The position numbers and the translations under genes are program-made. A stretch of DNA of 63,681 bases, counting the filler, from Octopus bimaculoides (lineage: Eukaryota): assembly GCF_001194135.2 (NCBI RefSeq). It is 7 parts of 5 records of this genome, joined end to end, with 100 filler letters (N's around TTAATTAATTAA, not from the genome) between each part and the next. Parts side by side here need not be neighbours in the genome. Positions count along the whole stretch, not along the records: positions 38,532 to 61,433 come from NC_068981.1; 6 more parts are not named here. One strand, 5' to 3'. Below, in pieces: positions 38,580 to 53,299 of the stretch. The stretch's first letter is position 1. Each line of letters starts with the position of its first letter. The notes below the pieces were generated by a model. It was not told the origin of the DNA. It saw only the letters and a program-made list of their open reading frames with translations, and made no database searches.

Positions 38580-38877
38580 CATATATATATTTATATTTAC
38601 ATATACATATATATATTGATACATATATATATTTATATACATATATATATTTATATTTATATATACATATATATACATATAAATACACACACACAACTGG
38701 TTTCATATTTATGTAAATACCTGTTCGTTGACAGGCGAAGCTCAGAGTAGATAGAGACTGAGGTAACCAAAACAGAATACTGATCGAGTAAAACGTGCTG
38801 ACGGAGGTTCTCTATTCTCTCTTACTTTATATGTGTATATGTTGTAATGAGTGTAGTTTCAAGTATGTACCTAAACA

Positions 38878-39045
38878 TGTATGTATGTATGTATGTATGT
38901 ATGTATGTATGTATGTATGTATGTATGTATGTATGGACGGACGGACGGACGGACGGACGGACGATTGGATGGATGGACAGACGGATGGATGGACAGACGG
39001 ATGGATGGACAGACGGATGGATGGACAGATGGATGGATGGATGGA
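38878..39045. repeat. Compound tetranucleotide microsatellite (TATG)n-(GGAC)n-(GGAT/GGAC/AGAC)n
   Basis: Direct inspection. Confidence 0.95.
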
Positions 39046-40139
39046 GATTTATAGCTGTAAGGAGTATATTTGTAAGGACGTGTACTTGCAACACCGTACA
39101 AACCTCATGGCTAGCTCTGTAGATATCTCGATGGACAACCAGTAAAGATATCCGCAGTTCAATCTGGTACCAGTAATTAATCTGGCTGTAGTCAATTGTA
39201 CATCAAAGCCGACAATCAGTCAGGATGAACTAACTTTGGACCCAGTGATGAAGTCGAAGACTTAATTTAAGTTAGTCGATCCAATTTAAAGAATTGAGTG
39301 TTTTTAATATTTATTTCAGATTAATCTGCAATTAACGGCAGACAATATGAACTTCATAGTTAATCGTGCTGCTTTGAAAACCAAGACGATTTGTCTTACC
39401 AACTATTATTCTGAATAAAAATAATCAGCTGCATTGATGCTACCTCAAATATATCTTCCGAAATACTCCATACAAATTTCTATCTATTAAAATAGTTTTC
39501 TTCTACATGTCAATAAAAAAAACTGTTTCAATGTATGCCGTTATAACCCTTGATGGTATCTACGTAATATATCGGTTTACTGATGTTATCTTAATTTTTA
39601 ATCAGGTGAAGTTTCTTAAGCCTGTTAGTACTTTGAATATAATTTGTAGACGTTCGTTGAAAACAGTTAAGATAATCATATGTGACATATAAAGTGTATG
39701 TTACAGTACATGGAAAACGCTTATATGTTGTAAATGTTCAATAGCACGAATGAATATACATGAAAGTATATTCTACCATAGCCTCGTATTGACTCGAGCT
39801 TTTTGGATGATATGTACCAGTCAGAAATTATGCTGAATTCCGTCGACATGGAGTGTATGTTTCGAGTTCTAGATTTAATCTGCAGCTCTGTGCAATACCA
39901 CAGTCTATAAGGTCTTATATTACACACTAAAGCGATAAAAAGGATCAGTTTTCACTAAAGATAGAAAGAAATCTAGAAGTTTACCTTCTACTCAAAACTG
40001 GAAACTCTTGTTTCAATATACACTTTTAATCCAATGTATATATGTCTCATAAGCTATTTAGTTACATGAGCTTTATTTAAAGCTAACTACGTGGTAATCA
40101 TCCTTCTTCGGGTTGCAGACATACGATGATTACGAATAT

Positions 40140-40265
40140 CACCGAGGTCAATTTTGCCTTTCATCTTCACATTTCGATAATAAATCACAATTAAAGTACT
40201 AAGTTCGATATCATTGACTAACATTTTCTCCTGATATTTCAGGCCTTGTGCCCATATTAGAAACA
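40140..40265 (+). mobile_element. SINE family A, strongly diverged
   Basis: CCGAGGTCAATTTTGCCTTTCATC...CAGGCCTTGTGCCCATATTAGAAA. Confidence 0.65.
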
Positions 40266-41438
40266 GTAATTGTTATTTCCTCCAACTTGTAGTGACTTTG
40301 TGTCAATGTGAAATAAAACATTATTCTAATTAATATTGTTTTATAGATATATATTTATGCATTCATAAAATACCATTTATTTGAATAGACATCACAATTA
40401 TGTTTTATGGTCTTAAAACGCAATAAAATATCATGACAAAGATGGCCGCCACATAAGCCGAAATATTAAATTCTTGATAATACACTACTTATTCTTTCTT
40501 TTCTTTATTATTTTCAGTATCTGTTTTAATGGAAACTCTAATGGTGAGAAATCCATTAGAATTATATTCAATTTGGATATAGTTTTCAAATTTTACGGAT
40601 GATGTCTATACGCCTCAGTCTCCGTTTGCAAAACAATTTTGTTATTGTTTTTGGTTTATGAAATGATAAAAGAATTAGCTTTGGCCTCAAATTTTACCAT
40701 TGTGAGTGTTAACCTCGTTAAATTTATCCCGTATGGAAACATTATCACTTTTAATATTTGGTAAACACTTGTCTTAAGAGCATATTTGATAATTTAGTCG
40801 CATAATAGTGTTATGTAAAGGTGTGAGTAGTGGGGTGTTGGTTAAATAGGAAATATCACGCACAAAGAAATCATACGTGCATAGAAACATTATACTCATA
40901 CATTATCTATCTAGTCTCTATGCACGCCCACACACACACACACACTTATCTATCTGTATATTTATATCTCTCTATATAGATAGAGAGGGAGAGAGAGATA
41001 CCTATAGAGAGAAATGTACATAAATACATATATGTATTATACATGTATATAGAGAGAGAGGAAAAGGGAGAGAGAGAGAATTTGATTTCCAAGACTATTA
41101 ATGTGAACTCGTTTGCTGAAAAAGATTTTGTTGTATCTTGGGAGGGTCATTACACCAATAATAAACACACATACTGATTCAGTGGTTAACTATTTACCCA
41201 ACTGATCATTTTTGTTTCTTACCAAGAGGAGCGAAGACGAGTCATTCAAGAGGTCTCGAATGGTAACGAAAGGACTTCAGTAAACACAACTGATCCATTG
41301 ATTTACTGAATAATGATTAATGGTTAAATAGCTAATCAATATACTAATAATGATAAAGAATTAGACCAGTGCTTGTACTCCTCATTGGTGCAATAACTTT
41401 CTCGAGAAATAATGATATCCATATGTGCGTGTGTGCGT

Positions 41439-41483
<45 letters not shown>

Positions 41484-42804
41484 CGTGTGTGTGTGCGTGT
41501 GCGTATGTGTGTATGTGTTATACACACATACACACATATACGTATATATATGTCTCTCTTCGACTATGCCCGAATATAGCGAAACATTTCTTCCAAACAT
41601 ATTAAATTAAAGGCATAATTAAGATGGTTTTAAATCTTTTCTGCTAATGATTTTAAAATCTTTTATGTCTAGTTTGGACGAATGATTTTTCTAAGTTTAT
41701 TTACATTGCTATACCTTCTCAGTCTCATTTTATGAATGAAGTGTAGTTTATTGTGACATATTTATGGCTGAGATTTTTGATTGGAAGAATTTCGGGAATG
41801 GTAAAATAATTCTATTGGGGGACGCTGAAACTGGTAGATAAAGCTATACATATTAGCGTGTAAAAAAACCCTTTGGATAGAAAAAGTCCAAAGGTGACCG
41901 TGGAACACGAGTCTACATGTTCTGTAAATCTGGCAGATGTTCTACCATCGGACCAAATCAATCCTCTGAATTTTTCACTCCATTTTGAAAACTGTATACT
42001 TACCAGCAATGATTGTATGTTGTCGACGAGAAGCCTTAGAATTTTTCTGTCAAAAAGGATTTTTTAAATAGTTACAATATATTATTCTTTGCTTTATCTG
42101 ATTCGAGTTGCATCATTCCAGAAAACGATAAGAATTATTTCATATCCTCTCAAAATTTCTAAATCATAATAGAAACAGTGTTGTTTTATTATTGGAATCG
42201 ATTTCAGAGTCTGAAAAATATTCCACCTTCAGATTTATCATTCAACATAGCACACAGGATTCAGATGACACCTTTAACCTCATTTTCTTTCCATGAAATA
42301 GAAACAATGAACAACACATACATTACATCTGCAGCATGTAGGAGGATAGCTTGTGTTCTCATAGATAGAAAATGTAGATAAATTCCCTCTACGAAAATTT
42401 TTATATTTTTATCCTGAAAAAGCGTTTGAGGTTACAAAATGGAAACAGGCACATTACATGCGTGAGTAATTCTGTAGAATAAGAGGGCGTGAAAACAGAT
42501 CATAACCTGTCAAAGTGTCTTAAACTAAACATTCATTTACTAACGAGAATATGTTACAAAAATGCTAGTGTGAAAAGTTGAAAACTTCGTGACAAAAGTA
42601 TGACGTATAGCGTTTTCTTTGATTCACCGTGCACTTTCANNNNNNNNNNNNNNNNNNNNNNNNNNNNNNNNNNNNNNNNNNNNNNNNNNNNNNNNNNNNN
42701 NNNNNNNNNNNNNNNNNNNNNNNNNNNNNNNNNNNNNNNNNNNNNNNNNNNNNNNNNNNNNNNNNNNNNNNNNNNNNNNNNTATATATATATATATGCAT
42801 ACAG

Positions 42805-42918
42805 GTGCAGGAGTGGCCGTGTTGTGAGAAGCTTACTTCTGAAACACACGCTTCCGGGTCCAGTCCCACTGCATGGCAACTTGGGCAAATACCTTCCACT
42901 ATAGCCTCAGGTAGACCT
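42805..42918 (+). mobile_element. SINE family B 5' part
   Basis: GCAGGAGTGGCCGTGTTGTGAGAAGC...CCGGGTCCAGTCCCACTGCATGGCAACTTGGGCAA. Confidence 0.8.
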
Positions 42919-43024
42919 CGATATACGTGTGCCTCTGAACGAAGCGTTAGTCGAGTACAGAGGGGTAATGAGAAAAGAGATGACGAAGAAATAAGGATTC
43001 TCTTATAAACTTAATCAGTTCGAG

Positions 43025-43198
43025 GCTGTTTCCACTATAAGATGCGGTGGACTAATAGTTGAGTGCCAGAATAACACTTTACAGTTTCTTCAGAGCCTCA
43101 GACATGAATTGCACTACATATCAGAGAATCTGATGAAACTGTAATCTGTTGCTCAGGCACTGAACTATGCGTCCACTTCATCTAACAGTGGAAATAGC
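43025..43198. mobile_element. Old foldback element (~78-bp imperfect arms); related partial copy at ~4862-4990
   Basis: GCTGTTTCCACTATAAGATGCGGTGGACTAATAGTTGAGTGCC versus GGCACTGAACTATGCGTCCACTTCATCTAACAGTGGAAATAGC. Confidence 0.7.
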
Positions 43199-43984
43199 TG
43201 TAACCTAATGAAATTCATAGCAATCTTAATATTCATATAAACAGGTTTGCGTGCTTGGTAAAGTAAAGGAACTGTTTTTCACGAAGGTAACTGAAATTTT
43301 GCATTGAGTTACATTCTTTACAGAAGATGGCCATATATAAGAGTTACAGCCTCGTGTGTTTTCTAATGTATTGCATTTCTAATCAGTGCATGATTCCACT
43401 ATAAAATTAGTCTTTTTTATAATTCGCTAATAATTCCTTTTTCATTCAATATACCGTTGTTTTTCTCTCTGTCATTCGTATGTTTTTCTAAGATTTTTTG
43501 AGAATTGTCATGAAGTTAAAAGTGAATCTTCTTAACTGGTTACGTGTATCAATACTTAATGAATTTACGTTTATGAGTCAACAGAAGATTCTATCTTGCT
43601 AAAGCATTTTCGTCCAAATTATCATAAATTCAAATGATTTTATTTTTTAAGTCAAACTTGGACTCTGTTCTTAACAAATTCAAATAAAATAAATAGAGGT
43701 TTGAAATGTATTTTACAAATGAAACTGTTTTCTTTCACTAATTATCTTGAAAGGTGTTGGTACTTGTTCATAAGGAAACGATGTTTTATGAAGACAAAAG
43801 TGAACATTTGAATGAATGTTTAGTTATTTCCTTGCTTTGCAAATCTAACGTTTGAAAGCAAGGGATGCCTCTATGCAGTCGACCATCCTGCTAGAAATCG
43901 CAGCCAATTCTCCTCCAAATACACTTTATTGCCATCTAAAAAACGATTCGATGCATTGAACAATGTAGACCTACCTTACGACAG

Positions 43985-44282
43985 TAATGATGGTGGTAGT
44001 GTTGGTGGTGATTGCGGTGATGGTGGTGATGGTGTGGTGGTGGTGGTGGTGGTGGTGGTGGTGGTGGTAGTGGTGGTGGTGGTGGTGGTTGTGTTAGTGG
44101 TGGTTCTAGTGACGCTTGTTCTTCTATTAGTGATAGGTCTTGTGGTGTTGGTGATTGTGTTAGTGGTGATTCTGATGGTGGTGTTTGTCGATGTGGTGAT
44201 AATGGTGAGGAGGAAGAGATGGAGACAGATGATGATAATAGTGACGACGACGACGACGATGATGACAATGATGTTGATGAAT
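43985..44282. repeat. (GGT)n/(GAT)n/(GAC)n trinucleotide tract
   Basis: Direct inspection. Explains the poly-V/poly-P/poly-T ORFs. Confidence 0.9.
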
Positions 44283-47200
44283 GTCAGAAAGAAGTCTAGG
44301 TAGGGAATAACCAAGCCAGTCTCGCTTTAACAAATTACATACACACCCGAGCACATACATACATACATATATATACATACATACACACATACACGCACAC
44401 AAAATACACACACACACACGTACGCAGATATAAGATGAATGAGAAATGAGATTAGTTCCGAACTTCAGATGAAAAAAGAATTGCGCTCTTGACGTAACAT
44501 GTATTATAACAATCAGAAATAATTTAATGATTCAAATACATATTCCTTTTGGCATGCATTAGATGCAAGAATATATTTATTACATCAAACTAATACTCGC
44601 TTACATGTTTTACCTATAATTTCCACTGTGCGATTGTTTCCTATATATGATGGTGTTCAAAGGAGACATTTGTATACAGAATTCTGTGAATGTTGCCGCT
44701 TACTCTGACTAATCAAAATACCTTTTATATTTATTTGCATCGACCCACGGTAATGTATTAGATTTCCAATCAATACATGATTCCGCTACAGAAGCAAAAG
44801 TAGTCTTTCATAATTTGTTAATAATTCCTTTTTCGTTCAATACAGTTTTTTAAGGTGCTTTTGTCTGTTCATATAAATTTCGATTTCACTCCAAGGGCTT
44901 GTTTGATTGTTTGTTTTTTAATATATAGTACGGGCATATTATTTTCTTCTGTGTCATTGTGTATAGTTGTGTAAACATCTAATCTGGCGTTGCTCCAGAA
45001 TGGCCTAATTTACAATGTTTCAAACTGTCGGAATAAGAAAGAAGTAGTAAGATATACAGTTAATATATATACACATATATACACACACATGCGTGTATTT
45101 ATGGATATTTATGAGCATATATATATTTGTATGCATGTACGTAGGTATATTTGATGTATATATGTATATTATATGAATCCAATACATATTCTTTACTAAA
45201 CCTGCCTATTTCCGCCTTTTTATAAGGTTTTTCTCGTATTGGTCATCGTATGTACACAAGGGCGCACATTAACAAATATAAGATGAGCCAATGAGAAAGC
45301 TGCTAAATGATCGTTCGACCTACTGAAACTAACCACGAAAGCACGAAACACGGCTCACATCACAATACACGATCTTAAAAAGAAGGAAAAATACATTGGA
45401 TAATGTGTTGAACAGTATATTTATATAAAAGACGAGATGGTCATGTTTCGACGCTTCGTGATTCGTGATACGTCTGAATATATCTTTGTCTAAGGGACAA
45501 AGTTGCACAATAGATATAAAGACAACTATTTCTTTTGAAAAGAGAAAACTAATAATTAAAACATCAATGTTAATTTTAGTATGTAATAAGTAGATGCCTC
45601 ACATATCTGCCTTGACGACTGCTGAATAGTCAGTCGTAGACTCAGCTGAATATCCTGCTCATTGAATTAATATCGAAATAGATGAACATTCCACGGATGC
45701 GTCTACTTTTACGTTAATTCTGAAGCGGACAAAGTTAGTGCTCTAAGTTATTGGCACAATCCATCTGATGGGCTCCCATTCAGTTTCCTTATGCCTACTG
45801 CTTTCACTCATTCACTCACAAGGTTGAGTTTTCCCGAACTTATAGGGAAAATACTTATCCATGATGCCCGCTTTGGGATCAAACCCTGGATCACGTGATT
45901 GATTAAAGTATTTCTTAACGATCGGCCACAGTGTGTGTGTAACTTTAACATAAAGAGCGCTGCTAATTAACTAAAATATTAAAGTAGTAGTTACCAAATT
46001 TTACAAAGGAGAGCATATGGGTATGTACTCAGGTTTTTTAAAATGTAAGTTAAAGTTTTCGAAAATACATATTAATGCTTGATCATCATGAAAATATGTT
46101 ATTCATAATTTTGCTAGACACACATTTTTCATGTGCTCACCTAAGACATCAGTGATCATGGACCTTCTTGCAGAGTCCGAAGATTTAGGATTTTTCTTGA
46201 TAAAAAATAATGCAATAGCTTTCTGCTGCATTCATCTGGTTTCTTTACATTTTACTTTGCTAGTGTTTTACTCTCACCAGAGCAAATTAAACCCTTAGTC
46301 AGAGGAAATAGCTATTTGTGACATTAGAGTATGTCCACACACATATGACACAATCTGCCAGCCAAGCTTCCAGCGAGTTTTGAATGTCCTAGCAAAGGGA
46401 CCATCCTCTGATGTTTGACCCAGAAGTTGAACCTTGACAGGAACTAACACTCCGGAAAGGAGCGGACCTAGAAGTAATGGTAACCAAAATTTACTCCACA
46501 CGCCCCCAAACTGCTGAACTCCCGACCTAGAGGCTCACCGCTGGATGTAGTTAAATGACAGGACATGTATAATTAATAAGACTAAATAACCAGTAGCTTT
46601 CTATATTTTTCAAAAGTTATAGCATTAAAATAGAATTTTTCCCTTTTTACTTTCCACGTGAAGTACACTAATGATTTCTTTATCTCCAGTGTAACGTGAC
46701 ATCAGAAAGATTAAGACTCACTTGATAGAACATCAGTCAGTATTTAGCCTCGTTTCGTCCCTCAACTCCTGATTTACCGATTTCATTGTCAGCTTTTTGA
46801 GCTCAACAAAATTATTAATAGTATCGTAATGTCATCTCCTCGGTATAATGTTGAAAATATATTTATTTTTAGTCTTTTACTAATTTCAGTTGTTGGACAA
46901 CAGAAATAATAATGCATTGCGTTCAAGAATGTTAGTGAGCTTATTGCCCCCAATACTTCAGGCCGGTATTTATTTTAACGATCTATATTCAATCGAGTGA
47001 CTAAGTTACATTTTGAAATAAGGGAGAGCAACTCTGTTTTCCGCTTTAGTCTGTTATGCATAGCACAGAGATACATTTTATCCACTGGTTATACATATAA
47101 GCATAATATGTTCAGGACTGAAAGTTTACGCATTGGTGATCACTTTCGACCCAACTCTAGAATTTTAGAACAGTACGAAAATATGATAATGTGACGTTTA

Positions 47201-48619
47201 TATATTTTGTGAAGTGTTATACGTATAACAGAAATGAAATCTTTTCTAACCCATGAGATAGAAGATAGTTGTGTAAATGCAATTTACAAATCGCTTGATT
47301 TTCTACATACCAATTTTACACTTAGTATGTTTTCATGACATTGAAAAGACATTGAAAATACCTATCCCACAAACCAGTTTCGAATCCCTGTTGAAGACAT
47401 TTCTCATCACATATATTGCTAATGCTCTTGAGAAAGACATACAATTCACACAATGTCATTCTCTTCTACTAAATAATTTGTGATATTGTACCTAAGTAGC
47501 AAATATTCAATAATACAATTACGCAAGTATCCAGAGCATTAATGTTAGGACATTTGAACAATAAGGTCAACCGTAATGATTCTGGAAACATTCCAAAGCA
47601 ACTTGAATGCAAAATTAGCAATTCAATATAGCCAGCCATTTGTATCAGTTAATACCAAGCTAATACTATTTTTACTATCTTATAAAAAATGTAGTTATTA
47701 ATCCTTGACCATAAATTGTCCATGTGTATTATTAGATAGTTGTATTGAAATGACTTTTCATTGATAGGACATTCCCATATTAAGTGTGATTTATTGATTC
47801 TAAAATGCAGAAAGGACAAGAAAGTAGTTTGTAATTTCTGGGTTTCAACAATACAGAGAAAGCCGAAGGAAATAGCTATTATAAAACGATATATAAAGCA
47901 AAATATGTTTTACTAACCATATGTTAGAGCAACTGAAATATTTGTCGCTGATTCATGTCATTCATTTTGAAAAGCACCACTTTACAATATTAAAGGTCTG
48001 ACACGGCTTCTGGGTATTATTATGCCATTTTATATCAAAACCCCTTAGAAAGAAAACACTGAAGTGGTTTATTGTTGTACAGTACAAAGCAATGGTAAAA
48101 TGTGAGCCAGTCTTTTGTAAGCTAACAAAACATCCGCAGCTTACTGTGATAAACTGCGCCTCTTTTGTGAGAGAGGGTGATTTAATTAGCTATTTGGTCA
48201 TATGCGCCTGCCGCTGTAGCAGTTGTTGTTGATCAACTCGACATCAGTTTTGACCAAGCAAACCTATTATCATTCCTCTTTTTTTATCTTTGACAGCATT
48301 ATCCGATATGGCCTATCTCTGAAGACCGTATAGTGTTATTTAAAATACATTTGGCTACTCTTTCTAGCAGACTGTGAAATCGAACATAGAGGCTTCGCAT
48401 TTTTATTCATATTAGGTAAGATGAATATCTGCATGAAAATGAATCTTTTATGCGATGTACCTTTGTGCAAAAATCTGCAAGTGTACGCATACAACTAGAT
48501 TCAAACGAGAGATTCTTCAGTTGAATAAATGTAAATTGCTATTTGAACCATACCACTTTTATGTGAATTATTATAATAACTTAAAATAAAACTTGTATCT
48601 ATTTAGTATTTATTATAGT

Positions 48620-48800
48620 TTTTCTACTATAGGCACAATGCCTGAAATATGGTGGGAGGGGACTAGTCGATTACATCGACCCCACTGTTTCACTGGTACT
48701 TAATTTATCGACACCGAAAGGATGAAAGGCAAAGTCGACTTCGGCGAAATTTGAACTCAGCACGTAGCGATGGGCAAAATACCGCTAAACATTCCGTCGC
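48620..48800 (-). mobile_element. SINE family A
   Basis: TTTCTACTATAGGCACAA...CTGGTACTTAATTTATCGAC..CGAAAGGATGAAAGGCAAAGTCGAC. Confidence 0.85.
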
Positions 48801-49064
48801 TACCCTCATTTAGTATTTATTATATCGACACCGGAAGTATGGCACCCAAACTTGATCACTACATGGTTCGGCCTAAGAAATATAAGACAAAACTAGGTGC
48901 CAAAACCGATTTAGCTCGGTATTTTTCTCTACTTACAACTGTGTTGTCTTATAATATTAGTTATTGCAATTTACTGGGATTTCTGGAAACGAATTAACAC
49001 GTCGAGTAATAAGAAAACCAATGCAATGGAGGTATTTTATTTGGAGAAAATTATATTGGTTTCA

Positions 49065-49280
49065 TAATTTGATACAAGGCCAAGAAGTTTAAAGGACGAA
49101 GTTTAGTCGATTACATCGACCCCAGTGCTTGACTGGTACTTATTTTATCAACAACTAAAGAATGAACGGTAAAGTCAATCACGCCGGAATTTAAACTCAG
49201 AATGTAAAGAGCCATAAGAAATAAATGCCACAAGCATTTTCTCCGATGCGCTATCGATTCTGCTGAGCACACGGCGTTTA
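49065..49280 (-). mobile_element. SINE family A, diverged
   Basis: AGTCGATTACATCGACCCCAGTGCTTGACTGGTACTTATTTTATC. Confidence 0.75.
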
Positions 49281-49679
49281 CTATCTGCACGCCGCCATTA
49301 CTTTGAAGAGAATAATAGTTCAAAAACGTTCAAAATATCTATAAAACCTGTGGTGAAAGTAATGAAAGAAGTTGACTAGTATTGTGTAGGTCTGATTTCT
49401 TTTCTCTTTTCTGTCCTTTTTCTGTCTTCTTCTCTTTCTCTCCTTTCTTTTCTCTTTTTTCTTTTCTCTTTCTCTTTTTCTGTATACATATACATATAGA
49501 TAATAAAACCAAAAACACCTTCCAGATTTGCATAAAAGCAAAGTAATTTTCTGTAAAACGTGAATCTGAGGAATCTCCAGAAATGAGACGAAAGCATTAA
49601 TAAAGAAATATCTAAAATTCTGACTACCTCCTTTTTCTTAATATATACAATTTATATTCCACTTCAAACAATTTCTCTC

Positions 49680-49722
<43 letters not shown>

Positions 49723-49824
49723 TCAATTCAAGTAAAACTAACGATAAAATTAGCAATAACATTAGAAGAGGCCGTGCACAAAGAATGTATTAGTTTTGAC
49801 GCTCCGTGAAAAGAAAGAATTATT

Positions 49825-49851
49825 GACGTTTCGAGCATAGCTCTTCGTCTG
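49825..49851 (-). ncRNA. Decayed ultra-minimal hammerhead-like motif
   Basis: Minus strand CAGACGA-a-GAGC(uau)GCUC-GAAAC-GUC. One core change (U4A) and only 2 bp of stem I. Confidence 0.4.
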
Positions 49852-50579
49852 AAAGGACAAAGGGAAAAGTCCAAAGAAGGAAAAGAAATTGCCAACAGCA
49901 CGTATGTATGTATACCTGTGCGTTTATATATGTATATGTGTATGATGTGTATGTGTGAGTATGTACGAGGGTAGATGTACAGTTGTTGAACACTCATTAC
50001 ACGATATTTCACATTTTAGCTGTCATATCTTTCATATCCTGATGCTTGCCTACTACATGAGCACCTGATACAATTAACAAAATCACAGAGCATACTATCA
50101 AGTCATTTTCGATTACGTGGGTGACTTGATGGCATGGTTTTACTGCCACCTTGCTTCTTTATTCACAGCTTAAACCTTATGCTCTATTTTGGATATCAGA
50201 ACAACTACGTCCTACGGAGACGTAAACACCTGACAATTATTAATTGCCACCTGACAATTATTAATTATGCAACGGTTAATTATTATATTTATTACTTATG
50301 AAATTATTAATTGTTGTAATTATTAATTATTGTATTTGTGTCTATCTCTTAATTTGTAAATTTTGTGTGACAATTGTAGTTATATTTGAATAAATATTTT
50401 CAAATAAAACATGAAAGTAAAACCCTAATTAGTTTTAATTAGCATTTCTTTGCAACTCCATGGTTGTACTTTTTCTTCAAATATCTCTTGGTTGAAGGAA
50501 ATTCTCCCGATGCGCCATTGTCATAGGGAGCTGTTTTCCTGAAACCGTTATTTTGATGTGTTTATGTCAAAGTCACATA

Positions 50580-50632
<53 letters not shown>

Positions 50633-51044
50633 NNNNNNNNNNNNNNNNNNNNNNNNNNNNNNNNNNNNNNNNNNNNNNNNNNNNNNNNNNNNNNNNNNNN
50701 NNNNNNNNNNNNNNNNNNNNNNNNNNNNNNNNNNNNNNNNNNNNNNNNNNNNNNNNNNNNNNNNNNNNNNNNNNNNNNNNNNNNNNNNNNNNNNNNNNNN
50801 NNNNNNNNNNNNNNNNNNNNNNNNNNNNNNNNNNNNNNNNNNNNNNNNNNNNNNNNNNNNNNNNNNNNNNNNNNNNNNNNNNNNNNNNNNNNNNNNNNNN
50901 NNNNNNNNNNNNNNNNNNNNNNNNNNNNNNNNNNNNNNNNNNNNNNNNNNNNNNNNNNNNNNNNNNGTGTGTGTGTGTGTGTGTGTGTGTGTGCATGTGT
51001 GTGTGTGCGTGTGCATGTGTGTGTGTGCGTGTATGTTTGTTTGT

Positions 51045-51138
51045 ATGTCTGTGCTTGTCACCCCAACGTCGCTTGACAACCGATGCTGGTGTGTTTACGT
51101 CTCCGTAACTTAGCGGTTCGGAAAAAGGGAACGATAGA
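51045..51138 (+). mobile_element. SINE family B 3' part
   Basis: CCCCAACGTCGCTTGACAACCGATGCTGGTGTGTTTACGTCTCCGTAACTTAGCGGTTCGG. Confidence 0.85.
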
Positions 51139-51855
51139 CCTAACGTCACTGACATTTCATAAACTGTATGGCACGCTTAACAAAAAAAAATTATCTTCAT
51201 TAGTATTGCGGCCCGCCTCGAAAAAATTTGCCCCTGCGTGACATAGAGTATATCACTTCCAAACATCTCATAACCTGCTGTTCAGAACGTACTCTTTCTG
51301 ATACGTAAAAAAAAAACACTTATTTTTTTTACGTAACTTCATCAGCATAATTGTGTTGCAACAACCTTTGTATTCTCAGAATGGATTTATTTTAAGATAG
51401 ATCAAAGTAGTAACATGTGAAGAATGGATTATGTGAGAATGATAATAAAAATAAAATCACTAGGTTGTTATTGCTGCTTTAGTTGCTGTATCATAACGAT
51501 TTACTATCTTATATTTAAAAAAAGACCTTGATGAGAAAAGAAGATGCATTAAGAAGTACTCACGCCCACACACGCGAACGCATACTCACACATGTTTATA
51601 AAAATGCATGCACGAACATAGAGATATTTGGAAATCAATAGTAGTGTCGTTATTTCTAATAATATCAATTACTATTACGCAAACTATATTTTATCATAGC
51701 TAAATGCAAATGCCGCATCTCGCCCTGGTCTTTATCATAATGTTATTGTTGTTGTTTCTTTTAATGAAAGTTTCCATCAGCAATGCATATGTTTTATATA
51801 TATTTCAACATATATTATCGATCGTGTATGTGCATGGCACTAACAGATGCATCTA

Positions 51856-52175
51856 ATGCACTTTGGGTGCTTAGTTGATGGTAGTTACGTGTATATAAGT
51901 AATAAAAATATTTTTCTAATTGGAGACGTACATATAGATATATAATACATATACATAAATATAAAATACGTTAATTTACATAGAAATATATATATATATA
52001 TATTATTGATCGGCTAGGTGTGCGGAACGAACAGATACATATAATGCACCGTGGGTACTTAGGTGTTGGTAGTTACGTGTATATAAGTAATAAAGATATT
52101 TTTCTCAGTGGGGAGTACATAAGTATATAATATAGATATACATGAACATAAAATATGTTAATTTACGTAGAAATG
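51856..52175. repeat. Diverged ~188-bp tandem duplication
   Basis: ATGCAC..TGGGT.CTTAG...TGGTAGTTACGTGTATATAAGTAATAAA...GTTAATTTAC.TAGAAAT occurs twice. Confidence 0.8.
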
Positions 52176-52217
<42 letters not shown>

Positions 52218-52317
52218 CACATGACAGAAGTAAATAGACAACCATATAATCATTAGAATTTATTTAAATCTGATATTATGCATTCAATTTATTTATGAAT
52301 TGTTATAGTGTAAATAT

Positions 52318-53262
52318 TTAATATTTAGTAGACATGTCCTTTGCATTTTTCAATGCAAAGATACTATTAGGCATGTTACTGATCAGGTTGCGAATATTCT
52401 CTTGCGGAATTTCTTGCCAAGTTTCATGCATCAAACTCAAAAGATCTGGCTTTGAAGATGCTTTCCTGTTCTTTTTATGAAGTGTCCTGACCATTATGTC
52501 CCAGAGGTGTTGAATAGGGTTCATATCTAGTGAATGGCTTGGCCATGGAAGCTTTCTAATACCATTCTCAACCAACAAATCTTGAGCCATTTTAGCTGTG
52601 TAGCAAGAGCCTTATCTTCCATAAATAGTCATCTTTAAGCATTTCAACACCGGAGAGGATTGGATGGAGTCCTTTCTGCAATATGAACACATTTATCTGA
52701 GTTTATGTTTCCCTCACACTCCACCAACTCTGATCAACCATTGCTCTAAACTGCTCCCCAGGTCATCAAAGAATAGCTACCGTGTTTCATTGTTGGCTGC
52801 AATCTTTTCCGATCAATTCTGATCAGACCCACACTCGACCACTGTCAAGAAATACAGCAAATCTGGACTCATCAGAGAATATAACAGTGTCCAAAAATGC
52901 TTGTGACCTGTCCACCATCTTACTGGCCCAATCGTTTCTCCGTTTGATGCTGGCTGTTCGAAGAAGTGGCTTCTTTCTTGCTGCTCTGCTATAGTAACCA
53001 ATTTTGTGGAGATACCTGACAGCTGTTCTGGGACTAACATCAACGTGCTCTGCTATGTCAGAGGCCTTGCAACGAGGATTATCCTCCACACTTCACCCAG
53101 ATCAACCAGAGCCCTCTGATAGGATCTTTCTCTTGAGAAGGGTCCTCTCAGGGCCCTGATTGATCTGGGCGAGGTGATGTAGACTCCTTCTCCTCTCTGG
53201 TGAATTGAACAATCATTCTCTTAACTGTAGAAAGCGGGATCCCAAGGTTTTCTGCGATTTTA
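52318..53262 (-). pseudogene. Tc1-family (DD34E) transposase remnant, frameshifted
   Basis: [18 protein letters not shown]; GYYSRAARKKPLL; TVIFSDESRF (first Asp); WPSHSLDMNPIQHLW (consensus WPxxSPDLNPIEHLW, with catalytic E changed to Q). Confidence 0.9.
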
Positions 53263-53299
53263 CTCTATGTCTTATAATAAAAGAAGGAAAATACATACA

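Noticed and set aside
43929-44314. Poly-Val/poly-Pro/poly-Thr ORFs resembling mucin or extensin
   Set aside because: Explained by a (GGT)n tract open in several frames, with no splice or start context.
49565-49600. CUGAGGA-a-UCUC..GAGA-c-GAAAG hammerhead-like string
   Set aside because: No stem III/NUH arrangement and no stem I complement.
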